Source of the DNA: an uncultured Gammaproteobacteria bacterium
Lineage (GTDB): Bacteria; Patescibacteriota; Microgenomatia; Daviesbacterales; UBA10151
Length of the DNA stretch: 51,632 bases
NCBI GenBank assembly: GCA_964547465.1
Contig: CAZJNI010000008.1
Location: forward strand, 1-51,632
Direction of reading: 5' to 3'
In this document: piece by piece, positions 26,291 to 36,000 of the stretch
Layout of the letters: each line of letters opens with the position of its first letter
How positions within the stretch are numbered: position 1 is the first letter of the stretch
Notes under the pieces: model-generated
Told to the model about the DNA's origin: nothing
Database searches by the model: none
What the model saw: the letters and a program-made list of their open reading frames with translations, nothing else
Program-made: the position numbers and the translations under genes

Positions 26291-27247
26291 ATGAATAAAC
26301 AAATTTTTATTTTAATAATTTCACTTTTAACAATCATTTTTGCTGGTTTAAAGCTTGGTGTTACCAGCGCTTCAGCTCAACAAGCTTGTTCTTCTTTTGT
26401 AACTAGCTCTAAATGTGGTCAGCCAAGTTATGATACTTGTAGTGAGGTCAAATATGACGGTAACAGAGCTTACTATGATTGTAAAGCCTCTCAAGATCCT
26501 ATTAGATGTACTGGACAGATTTATTGTGGTTCAGAAGATAAACCTTTTTCAGGAACTTATCCTTCTAATGTTAATAATCAGGATCAGGTCATGGCTCCAA
26601 CCTGTGATTCTGTAAGAACCCAAAATCTTTGTGGTAAAACTATGTATGAAGGTTGTATCTTAAGATATTCCGGCAATGAAGCCTGGTATGATTGTACATC
26701 CCCTCAAAACAGCCAATGTCAGGGATCACAACGCTGTGAAAGTTTGGATAAAACATCAACTCCTGCTCCTGTAACCGGGGGAGGTGCCAACGCTAGCGTA
26801 GATTGTCCGGCTGGTCAACATCATTCAGATTTAAATAATCAAGTTTTAACAAATTGTGTGGCTAATGCCAATGCTAATGATAATTTAAATGTCAATGGTA
26901 ATGATAACAGTAACAACAATAATAATGGTTCAAGTAGCACTGCCACAGCCGTAGCTTATGGTGGAGCAGGGGGTTCAGCTAATGTAAATATTAGCGGACT
27001 TGGCGGGGGAGGAACCCGTGAAGTTAGAACAGTGGAATATAGAAATGTAGGAGTTGGTACGTCAGCTCCGGTTTATTATGCCGGGGTTAAACAACTCCCA
27101 GCAACTGGTTTACCAGTGCTAGCCTGGACTGCATTAGGCCTTATCCCAACCGGATTTGGAATGAGAAGATTCTCCGGAGTTAAAAAGGAAGCTGAAAAGA
27201 ATCCAAATTATCTTTGGGAAGACAGACAGTTTAAGGTCGGGGATTGA
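26291..27247 (+). CDS. Cys-rich surface protein with Asn-ladder segment and LPATG-type tail
   Basis: Signal peptide, duplicated Cys-rich module, NANANDNLNVN...GGAGGSANVNISG, QLPATG plus TM. Start set at 26291 because the track start overlaps the promoter. Confidence 0.82.
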   Translation: MNKQIFILIISLLTIIFAGLKLGVTSASAQQACSSFVTSSKCGQPSYDTCSEVKYDGNRAYYDCKASQDPIRCTGQIYCGSEDKPFSGTYPSNVNNQDQVMAPTCDSVRTQNLCGKTMYEGCILRYSGNEAWYDCTSPQNSQCQGSQRCESLDKTSTPAPVTGGGANASVDCPAGQHHSDLNNQVLTNCVANANANDNLNVNGNDNSNNNNNGSSSTATAVAYGGAGGSANVNISGLGGGGTREVRTVEYRNVGVGTSAPVYYAGVKQLPATGLPVLAWTALGLIPTGFGMRRFSGVKKEAEKNPNYLWEDRQFKVGD

Positions 27248-27327
27248 CAAAGATAGAGGAGTATGGTTTACTTATAAGGTAAGCCTCAAGAAAGAATTTT
27301 CAATTTTCAATTTTCAATTTTCAAATA

Positions 27328-28746
27328 ATGCCAAGAGTAACAAAATCATTTAAACCAGCTTCACCAATACACCCCTCCGAAGGAGGTAAAATAGAACCTT
27401 CAGTGGAGGGATTTGTGGGAGAGCCTGCATCTTCTGTCATTGCGAGCGAAGCGAAGCAATCTGTTGAAGAGATTGCTTCGTCGCCTTCGGCTCCTCGCAA
27501 TGACGATTATAGTAATAGTGGTTACCGCCCCAGATATGGAAATGGTGGCTATCAAAATGGTGATCGTTACCAGGAGCGTGATGTTCCAACAGAAGAAGTT
27601 TCCGGAATATTGGAAATTATGCCGGAAGGACATGGGTTTCTCCGACCTAAATATATACCATCTGATAGCGATGTATATATTTCAGCCAGCCAAATCAGAA
27701 GATTTGGCCTTCGTCCGGGAGATTTAGTAGATGGAGCAGCCCGTCCTCCCAAAGAAACAGAAAGATATTTTGGACTTCTTCAAGTTAATAAAGTTAACGG
27801 GGAGGACGCAGAAAAATTGGTTGCTCACCTCGGAGGTGAAGCTAAGCAGTCAGCTGGCGTACACCTCCGAGGTGGACGTAGGGTGAAATTCGAAGACTTG
27901 ACTGCCATTTATCCAAATAAACACCTTAAACTGGAAACCGGAAAAACTCCTCTATCCCAGAGAGTCATAGATTTAGTGGCCCCAATTGGTTTTGGTCAGC
28001 GAGGATTGATTGTGTCCCCTCCAAAAGCCGGTAAAACTACCATCTTAAAAGATATTGCTTCCGGAATTACCAAGAATCATCCTGAAGTAATTTTGATGGC
28101 TGTTCTGGTAGGCGAGCGGCCGGAAGAGGTAACTGATTTATCAAGGTCTATCAAAGGGGTGGTTGTTTCCTCCAACTTTGATGAGCCGGCTGAAGAGCAA
28201 ACCGCTGCGGCAGAAATTGCCCTGGAGCGGGCCAAAAGACTGGTGGAGATGGGCAAAGATGTTGTGATTCTACTTGACTCTATAACAAGACTTGGAAGGG
28301 CCTACAATCTGTCTGTTCCGCCATCCGGCAGGACTTTAAGTGGTGGATTCGACCCGATTGCCCTTTATCCTCCCAAACACTTTTTCGGGGCTGCCAGGAA
28401 TTGTGAAGAAGGCGGATCTTTGACCATTATTGGTACAGCCCTGGTTGATACAGGATCCAGGATGGATGATCTAATTTATGAAGAGTTTAAAGGAACAGGT
28501 AATATGGAGCTTCATTTAGTCAGAGGTTTGGCGGAAAGAAGGATTTATCCGGCAATTGATATTGAAAGCTCGGGCACCAGACAGGAACAGCTGCTATTTA
28601 AGGAAGAGTACTACAAACAAATGGTGATTTTAAGAAGGATGATCGGGATTTTGGGGGAGCAGGAAAGAACAGAAATAGTCCTGGAAAGACTGGCCAAGAC
28701 AGAGAGTAATGAAGAATTCCTTAATAATCTTAAGGATGTTAAGTAA
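27328..28746 (+). CDS. rho: Transcription termination factor Rho
   Basis: [62 protein letters not shown]. Confidence 0.98.
   Translation: MPRVTKSFKPASPIHPSEGGKIEPSVEGFVGEPASSVIASEAKQSVEEIASSPSAPRNDDYSNSGYRPRYGNGGYQNGDRYQERDVPTEEVSGILEIMPEGHGFLRPKYIPSDSDVYISASQIRRFGLRPGDLVDGAARPPKETERYFGLLQVNKVNGEDAEKLVAHLGGEAKQSAGVHLRGGRRVKFEDLTAIYPNKHLKLETGKTPLSQRVIDLVAPIGFGQRGLIVSPPKAGKTTILKDIASGITKNHPEVILMAVLVGERPEEVTDLSRSIKGVVVSSNFDEPAEEQTAAAEIALERAKRLVEMGKDVVILLDSITRLGRAYNLSVPPSGRTLSGGFDPIALYPPKHFFGAARNCEEGGSLTIIGTALVDTGSRMDDLIYEEFKGTGNMELHLVRGLAERRIYPAIDIESSGTRQEQLLFKEEYYKQMVILRRMIGILGEQERTEIVLERLAKTESNEEFLNNLKDVK
27435..27505. repeat. RPE-like palindrome in-frame in the rho N-terminus
   Basis: TGTCATTGCGAGCGAAGCGAAGCAATC...GATTGCTTCG...CTCGCAATGAC. 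Confidence 0.85.
27826..27874. repeat. Paired mini-palindromes in-frame in rho
   Basis: CACCTCGGAGGTG (27826-38) and its reverse complement CACCTCCGAGGTG (27862-74) add about 20 aa before [10 protein letters not shown]. Confidence 0.72.
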
Positions 28747-28797
28747 CTTAAGCTTCTTAAGTTACTTAAGTGACTTAGTGTGATAAAATAACCCCTA

Positions 28798-29913
28798 ATG
28801 AATTCCCTGACAGATGATCTGAAAGCTTTAACTCATGCCTTAATCTGGTACTCAAAGCGCAAGATCAAATACTTTGCCCATCAATTCGAAGGTTTTAAAA
28901 ACTTAGTGAAAGATATTTTAATGACAGGCCGGGGAGTGCACCAAAAAAGGTTTTGGCACGGATCCATAATTGGTTTGACTTCAGTCGGGATCTTAACATC
29001 CGGAATTTTTGGGGGGACCAGCTTAATTTCATCCACCTTTCCAGGTATTGGTGGACCTGATCCCAGATTTGCCCAGACTTTTGAACCTTTTCCAAATGGT
29101 CCGATTATAGCCGGGTTTCAGGATACCCACACGGATATTTCCCAAAAACCCCGTTCGGAAATTATTGAATACAAAGTACAAAGCGGTGATACTGTCTCCT
29201 CAATTGGTCAAAAATTCGGCATCTCGCAAGATACAATAAAATGGGCCAATAATTTAACTTCTGATCATATTAAACCCGGGGACACTTTGAAGATCTTGCC
29301 TGTAAGCGGCGTTTCCGTAATTGTTAAATCAGGAGACAGCCTGGAATCTATTGCTAAAAAATTCTCCGGCGAAGCACAGGCAATTTTGGATTTTCCTTTT
29401 AATGATATTCCGGATGATCTTAGCCTTAAAGTTGGACAGCTTTTGATTATTCCTGATGGAGTTCCGCCTGAAGTTAAAAATCCTCCAAAAAGGCCGCAAC
29501 CGCAATATCTGGCTCAAGGTCCGAAGTCTCCTGCCTTTAGTGCTCCGGGCGGAGCTTCCTTTATCTGGCCTGCCGGAGGCAGTCTTACCCAATATTTCGC
29601 CTGGTATCATCCGGGAATTGATATTGCCAACAGGAGTGCACCGGGGGTGGCTGCAACTGATGGAGGGATTGTGAGGGTGGCAGGATGGCCGGATAATACG
29701 GGTTATGGAAACAGGATAGTTTTGGATCATGGAAATGGTTATACCTCTTTGTATGCACATTTATCTAATATTTATGTATCAGTCGGGGAGAGTGTATCAA
29801 GAGGGCAATTAATAGGTCAGATGGGATCAACCGGAAGATCAACAGGAACTCACTTGCATTTGGAAATTCACTACAAAGGGGTGGCACTAAATCCGCTGGG
29901 AATACTAAAGTAA
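28798..29913 (+). CDS. LysM-containing M23 peptidase
   Basis: YKVQSGDTVSSIG LysM repeats, HPGIDIA, YAHL, STGTHLHLE. Confidence 0.92.
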   Translation: MNSLTDDLKALTHALIWYSKRKIKYFAHQFEGFKNLVKDILMTGRGVHQKRFWHGSIIGLTSVGILTSGIFGGTSLISSTFPGIGGPDPRFAQTFEPFPNGPIIAGFQDTHTDISQKPRSEIIEYKVQSGDTVSSIGQKFGISQDTIKWANNLTSDHIKPGDTLKILPVSGVSVIVKSGDSLESIAKKFSGEAQAILDFPFNDIPDDLSLKVGQLLIIPDGVPPEVKNPPKRPQPQYLAQGPKSPAFSAPGGASFIWPAGGSLTQYFAWYHPGIDIANRSAPGVAATDGGIVRVAGWPDNTGYGNRIVLDHGNGYTSLYAHLSNIYVSVGESVSRGQLIGQMGSTGRSTGTHLHLEIHYKGVALNPLGILK

Positions 29914-29944
29914 GTTTGGGGATTTTGGGGTATTTAGGGGGGAG

Positions 29945-30016
29945 TGGACCAGAGCGGAATCGAACCGCTGATTTCCTCTGTGCGAGAGAGGTGCATTACC
30001 ACTCTGCTACTGGCCC
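29945..30016 (-). tRNA. tRNA-Ala(CGC), CCA not encoded
   Basis: Cloverleaf GGGCCAG...CT-CGC-AC...TTCGATT...CTGGTCCA with the G3.U70 Ala determinant. Confidence 0.92.
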
Positions 30017-30091
30017 TGGTGGACCTGATCGGATTCGAACCGACAACCAACTGACTGCCAGCCAGCTACTCTACCATTGAGCTACAGGCCC
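30017..30091 (-). tRNA. tRNA-Ala(GGC), CCA encoded
   Basis: GGGCCTGTAGCTCAATGGTAGAG...CT-GGC-AG...TTCGAAT...CAGGTCCACCA with G3.U70. TGCTATAAT -10 at 30101-30109. Confidence 0.95.
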
Positions 30092-30136
30092 AGAGTTAAA
30101 ATTATAGCATTAAGTAACTTAAGTGACTTAAGTTAC

Positions 30137-32479
30137 TTAGGGAGTTGCAGTGGGTTCCGGAGTTGAGTTTGGTTTTTTAACTGCTGTCGGGGTGGCAATA
30201 TTTTCCGGCGGATTTCCCACATTTACCACTTTTGGCAGCTCTTCCTGTTGCAGCGCCCCGGAAGTTTCAGCAGCAGGAGGTTCTGCCGGGGTAGGCGGAG
30301 TAATTTTATTCTGCAGGTCAGCCAGATAATCAGAGGCTACTTTATAATCAGCAGATTTGACGTCCACAAACTCCATCATTTTATTTGCGGCAGCCAGTGC
30401 GGAATTCAGATCACCTTTATCACGCAGGGCCACAGATAAATTATAATAGCCATTGGCAAAATCCGGCTTTAGATTGATGGCGTCTGTAAAGAACCTGATA
30501 GCCAGGTCATAATTTTTAATTGCGTAATAAGTCCCGCCCACATTAAGCCGCAAAACCGGATTTAAGGGGTCCTGGAAAATAGCCCGGCCGTAAGAATCAA
30601 GCGAAAAGACCAGGGCGTTTTGGGCAACACCGGAAATCTGTCTATACAAAAGCCCTAAAATTTCCCAGTTTATGGCAGAGCGGGGAGAAAGACTGGTGGC
30701 AGTCCTGGCTTCATTTATGGATTGTTGAAGTAAAGTCTGGATATTTTGGGCATCCTGGGCAGTTAGGGATCCGCCTGGTGAGGCCTCGCTCGGGGCTTTT
30801 GAGAGGGCAATTGAGTTTGCCAGGGCAAAATTGATCTGGGCAATGTCTGATCTGTATAAATCATTGACCGGGTTTAGCTTTTCTGCGGCAATCAGTTCAT
30901 TGTAGGCAATCACTCCCTGATTTTGAGAAACAGCATTTAAAGCCAACCTGTGATGATAATCTGCCAGGGTATACTTCCCGCCGTAAAATAGTCCGAATAA
31001 AACCAGAGCTAAAACTACAGTAAATAAAACTCCGGGCAGCGCATCAATTCTGATGGTTTCAGTTGAGGATTCAATTGAAGATACATTTGCAGCCAGTTTA
31101 GCAAAGGCATTCTTGATATTTAAATTGGACAAATTACTCCATGATTTTTGACCCTGGGACATATTCACCACCATGAAGGAAGCCAGGATCAAAAGGCCAA
31201 TAATCCAAAGTACTACTGTGCTTGGATGTATGGCCAGCAGAGCAAAAAAACTCAAACCGGAGACTGCCAAAGCACTAATATATGGATGTTTGCCTTCGGT
31301 TATTGAGCGGACTGTTGAAGTTATAAATAAAGCTGTCAGGGAAATTAATGCCAGAAAACCTATTCCGCCCAAAGTTGCCAAAACTAGCAGGTATTCATTA
31401 AAGGGAGAGTCAAACCTGACATTCCACATCTTTGTAGAGTTAAATTCAATTGGTTTGTAATTGGTAAAGTCAAAAAGAAAAGTGGAAGGACCGCTGCCCC
31501 AGAATGGTATATCCCTGAAAGCTGAAATAGATATTTTCCAGGAACTGATAAGGGGAAGTTGAACTTCCCTGGGGAATGTTTGGGCTTGAGTATAAATAAG
31601 ATTTTTCGCCCCTCCCAAAGGCGGCACAAAAGATAAAGTTGTAACCAGGGCCACAATTACAACAGGGACAATTAAAGTAACAAGACTTATCAGTTGCGAT
31701 TTGCCGATTTGACTGATTTGACTAATCTGTCTAATCGGACCAACTAAATAAAAGGTTACAACAAAGCCGACAACAGCTACAATCCAGGTTGCCCATGTAC
31801 CTGTTAAGGCAATGGTTACACCCATAACGGTTAAAAAGACCCCGTTAATAACTTTGGCCACAAGTTTTCCATCTGAAAGTATCTGTACAACCACCAGTGG
31901 TAAAAGCATTGCTAAAACAGCTGTTGTAGAAAAGCTGGAGCCGGTGGTTGTAAAATTAGTGGTATGTGTCCAGGGAGGTGGCAAAATCTTCACCCCAAAA
32001 TAGGCAATCAGGGAAATTGCTGCCAAAACCTGGGAGGCAACCAGGCTTAAATAAAGGATCCACTTAACTTCTCTTAAGGATTTTAAATTATTTACCAGCA
32101 CAAAGTAAAAGATTACATATACTAGAATGCTTATCAGCGAGCCGTGTACTTTTAATTGATGGCCTAAAAGAGCTACGTATGGAGACGGGGAGAGAACAGT
32201 GGAAACGATTGCCACTACTAAAAGTAGCAGTAATGGTAAATCCAGAGGGGTTCGAACCAATACCACTTTACCCAAAGCCACAAATTTTAAAGTTAAAAGT
32301 GTCAGTCCAAGAGAGGTGAACAAGAAAAGGATTAAAAACTTAGGGGTATCATAAAACTCTGTAGTCAGATTGGTAAAAAGGAAAAAGGAGGAAAGTATTG
32401 TAATAACTATCCCTATTTTAAATATCAATCCGAAATATGTATCAATTAATTTTTTTAAAGCATTCAGCGATTCATCCAT
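30137..32479 (-). CDS. O-antigen ligase/O-oligosaccharyltransferase-like membrane protein with TPRs
   Basis: YDTPKF, SWKISISAFRDIPFWGSGPSTF, NEYLLVLATLGGIG (Wzy_C-like), C-terminal TPRs and a Pro-rich tail. Confidence 0.78.
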   Translation of the reverse strand: MDESLNALKKLIDTYFGLIFKIGIVITILSSFFLFTNLTTEFYDTPKFLILFLFTSLGLTLLTLKFVALGKVVLVRTPLDLPLLLLLVVAIVSTVLSPSPYVALLGHQLKVHGSLISILVYVIFYFVLVNNLKSLREVKWILYLSLVASQVLAAISLIAYFGVKILPPPWTHTTNFTTTGSSFSTTAVLAMLLPLVVVQILSDGKLVAKVINGVFLTVMGVTIALTGTWATWIVAVVGFVVTFYLVGPIRQISQISQIGKSQLISLVTLIVPVVIVALVTTLSFVPPLGGAKNLIYTQAQTFPREVQLPLISSWKISISAFRDIPFWGSGPSTFLFDFTNYKPIEFNSTKMWNVRFDSPFNEYLLVLATLGGIGFLALISLTALFITSTVRSITEGKHPYISALAVSGLSFFALLAIHPSTVVLWIIGLLILASFMVVNMSQGQKSWSNLSNLNIKNAFAKLAANVSSIESSTETIRIDALPGVLFTVVLALVLFGLFYGGKYTLADYHHRLALNAVSQNQGVIAYNELIAAEKLNPVNDLYRSDIAQINFALANSIALSKAPSEASPGGSLTAQDAQNIQTLLQQSINEARTATSLSPRSAINWEILGLLYRQISGVAQNALVFSLDSYGRAIFQDPLNPVLRLNVGGTYYAIKNYDLAIRFFTDAINLKPDFANGYYNLSVALRDKGDLNSALAAANKMMEFVDVKSADYKVASDYLADLQNKITPPTPAEPPAAETSGALQQEELPKVVNVGNPPENIATPTAVKKPNSTPEPTATP

Positions 32480-32553
32480 AATATTTTGTCTAACACTACG
32501 CTAGTATAAAAAGCTATGCCATGCAACTAGGATCATCTATATCAAACACTAAA

Positions 32554-32952
32554 TTAAGGGGTCAAATTCTTTTTATTAATGTTGGATTGTTGATTTAGCT
32601 GGTCTGAAACAATCCGTTGTTCGGAATTAGTTGGTCTTAGGAAAATAGGGGCGAGGAATTGGTAAATTAAAATGCTAATGATCCATAAAAAAGAAGTTAA
32701 AAAGGCAACTTTCAAGTCCCTTAAGTTACTTAAGTTACTTAAGTTTGCCAGGGAGGGCAGCTGAAGAAATCTGGATTTTCTTTTGTTAAGTTTGGCAATT
32801 TTTAGATCCATAAGGGTATACCTTCTAACCCCTCCTTTGGTCCGCTGCGGGGTAACTATGCCTTTTTTCTCCCATCGTCTTAGAGTATCAGATGAAACCC
32901 TTAAGAGTTCTGCTGCCTGGGTGATCGTTAAAAATCTAGCTTCATTTTGCAT
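32554..32952 (-). CDS. MerR-like HTH fused to one TM helix
   Basis: LTITQAAELLRVSSDTLRRWEKKG...RTKGGVRRY, then a TM and a short tail. Confidence 0.8.
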   Translation of the reverse strand: MQNEARFLTITQAAELLRVSSDTLRRWEKKGIVTPQRTKGGVRRYTLMDLKIAKLNKRKSRFLQLPSLANLSNLSNLRDLKVAFLTSFLWIISILIYQFLAPIFLRPTNSEQRIVSDQLNQQSNINKKNLTP

Positions 32953-32990
32953 AAGTTTGAGTATATATTAAGCATACACCTTTGCATAAG
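32946..32990 (-). promoter_or_regulatory. Leaderless promoter with 10 bp direct repeats
   Basis: TATACT -10 lies 7 nt before the ATG. TTTGCATAAG occurs at 32946-55 and 32981-90. Confidence 0.55.
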
Positions 32991-33000
32991 AAATTCAATA

Positions 33001-33084
33001 GGCAATCTTGATTAATAAGCATAGCTTGCGATCACTTCGTGATCTAAAAGATTCCCACGGTCGCTTTGCTCCCTCGGAATGACA
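33001..33084. repeat. Partial RPE-like element downstream of the giant gene
   Basis: 33050-33084 is the reverse complement of radA 3580-3614 (34/35 identical). 33001-15 matches the 3060 element core. Confidence 0.82.
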
Positions 33085-33099
33085 ACTGCGAAACTTGTA

Positions 33100-36000
33100 T
33101 TATTGTCCCAACTTTGTTCCTCCCCTTAAATTGATCCCGCCCCGAAGTTCAACTTGTGGAGGAGGAACCAGAAATACCCAGCAGGAACCGTTGTTACCAT
33201 CATTTATATTATTGGTGGCCAGGGTAATATCCTGGGTGCCCCCGTTGCAGCCTCCGTAGCTAATATGAGCAAAGGTGACAGAGGATTGAGCGTTGTTGAA
33301 TTGAGCCAGCCATTGGGAGCTGCCGGTTGTAGAGTGAATGTGAATTCGGTTGCTTGAGGCACCGGTAACAGTAAAAGTACCTGCAAAAGTGAAGATGGTT
33401 CCGGCCTCAAATTCCAAAGTTGACCCGGCCGTGGTATTGGTTACATTATTAAAGGTAGTAGCGCCGGTAATTTGGGAAGTTGTTGATGGAGTAAATACCA
33501 CAGTTCCCGAACTGTGAGTAAAACTGCCTCCATCGTGAGCAAAGTTGCCGGTTATTGTTAAGGTGGAGGAAGGGGCAATCACTGTTCCCAAAGTGATGGT
33601 AAAATTGCCTGCCGCTTCTGCTGCCGCATTAAAGGTCCACTCACCGCCGGAGCCGTTAAATTGAATATGGTTAAATTTACCGGTTGCACCGGTTAGCGTT
33701 CCGGAGATAGTTTTACCAATCGCGCCTGCAGTCATAATAACAGTGCCGGAGTTATTGGTAAAGCTGCCTGAATTGCTCCAGTTTCCTCCAACACTAAAAT
33801 TGCCGGATGTGGAAGTAAAGTCGGAGTTGCTGCTGTTTGTAAAGTTACCGCTAACTGTAAGAGTGGGATTATTAGTAGCAGCTGTAACTGTAACTGCTGT
33901 GCCATCACCAAAAATCAGGTTGTTGCTGACAGTGATGGTTTGTGAAGCGCCAGAGCCAAGTGTTATTATTGCGCTGGCAGCTGTTGGTGCAACGGTTAAA
34001 TTATAAAAAGTCAGAGTCCCTGCCCCGCCAACAGTGGCAGCCCCTGAAGCGGATGTTTTAACAGTTGTTGTTCCTGAAGCAGTTTGGGTGACGGTTCCGG
34101 CAACTGCAATATTGCCGGAATTTGTAACAGATGTTGAACCGACATTAAGAGAGTTGCCGGCTAAACTTAAAGTTCCCAGGGTTACTGTCAGATCAGAGTT
34201 AACTGTTAATGGGGTGGCTTCCAATACAAAAGTATCGGATGCATTTATAATAAGGTTGTAATAGGTGGTATCCTGAACTGTGGTATTACCGCCACCATTG
34301 GCGCCGGTATAGGAAAATGTTGAGGTAGAAGCAGTCAGCGAGGTGTTGTCTGATGGGGAAACAATGTTAAAAGGTGTACCGTTGGTAGCGGATAAAGTCC
34401 AGGTCCGGTTAGCGGCATCCAGAATGGTGGCATTAGTATCACCGGCTTTGCCGATTTGCAAAAGAGTTGAGATTGTCATTCCGCCGGAGCCTGTAGTTGT
34501 AGTAATAGTCCGATTAGCAGCTGAACTGTTGGAAAAAAGAAGAGTTGAGAAAGTCCAGGAATTGGTTCCGGATGATGGGCCGAAGTTTTGATTTGCTGCT
34601 ACCTGGTGTTCAAAAGTTCCGCCGGATAAGTTAACTGTGCCTGATCCGGTGACATCTGCATTTACAGTAATATTACTGCTGCCGGTTAAAGTTCCGTTGG
34701 CATTAAGCGTTAAAGTTGCGGCAACTGTTGTGGCTGCTTCCAACGCATAATTTTCTGCAGCCCCGCCACCAAGCCTTAAATTATTGTAGGTGGTTGATTG
34801 AATTGTAGTATTGCCGCCTCCATTGTTGCCGGTGTAATCAACTGTTGAGGTTGATTCTTCAAACAACCCAAAGCTGGTTAATATAAAAGGATCGCCGTTT
34901 GTGCCTGATAAAGTCAGTGTCCTGCTGGAGGCATCCAGAGTATCATTGGCTGATGAGGCTGCATCACCAACAGTTAAAACTCCTCCAACAGTTGTATCTC
35001 CTCCCAGGGTAAAGGTAGTAGCTGTTGCATTAGCATTAGTCCCAGCACCTAAGTTAAAGTAAGTGGTGGCAGTTATTGTTGGGCCGGTAGTATCATTATA
35101 GTTAAAGGTTGAAGCATTAGCAGTAAATGTACCGGTGATAACAAAAGGTGTACCAGTAGCAGTTAAATTCCAGGTTCTATTGGCAGCATCAAGTTCAGTA
35201 CTGGCAGAGATTGTCAAAATTGCTCCAACCACCACTTTGCCTGTAGAAGTTGAAGATGTGGTAATTATTTGTGAGCCGGAGGATGAGGAAAAAGTCAGAG
35301 TGTTGAATGTCCAGTCATTGGTAGAAGTTGGACCAAAATCTTTTCCGGCAGCAACAGATTGGATAAAAGTTCCGGATGTAAGGCTCATGGTTCCGGTGCC
35401 GGTAACAGAGCCTGCTGCTGTAATGGTTCCTGAACCGGAGCTGACTGTTAGAGTGCCGGTAATTGAGGTATCTCCTGCAATATTAAATGTTTGTGAATTG
35501 GCAGTGGTTGATCCGCTGACAGTCAGGTTATTAAAAACCAGATTTGTTGCAGCGCCACCACTGTTGGCAATTGATCCGCCGGTCATGGTAATGGTTCCGG
35601 CAGTTGGTGCCAGGGTTTTGGTGGAATTAACTGTCAATGCACCGGAAACAGAAAAGCTGGATGTTGGTTGAGTGGAGGGGGTTTCGGAAATGGTTAGTCC
35701 GGAAAAGATCAAACTTGTTCCCGAATTTACAATACTCCATCCGGTTGTAGCCATGGTAATGGTCCCGCCTGATGGGTTAAAAGTGGCTGTTGAGGAATTG
35801 GTTAATGCTCCGTTTATGGTAAAGCTGGAGGATGTGGTTACTGTTGCTGATGCGGCAATGGTGATATTGTTGAATACTAAATTAGTGGTTGCTCCACCGT
35901 TGTTTACAATTGATGCCCCGTCAGTAAAAGTGATAGTCCCGGCAGTTGGGGCAAGGGTTTTGGTGGCGTTTATAGTTAAGGCACCATCTACAGAAAAAGA

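Noticed and set aside
29945..30091. tRNA as an island integration site
   Set aside because: No duplicated tRNA 3' fragment or integrase was seen in the window.
28740..30140. CRISPR array from the short periodic repeats or intergenic hairpins
   Set aside because: The units are 7-9 nt tandem repeats without unique spacers, and there are no cas genes.
32480..32560. Frameshift continuation of the MerR-TM ORF
   Set aside because: All frames close within a few codons and the next gene starts at 32479.
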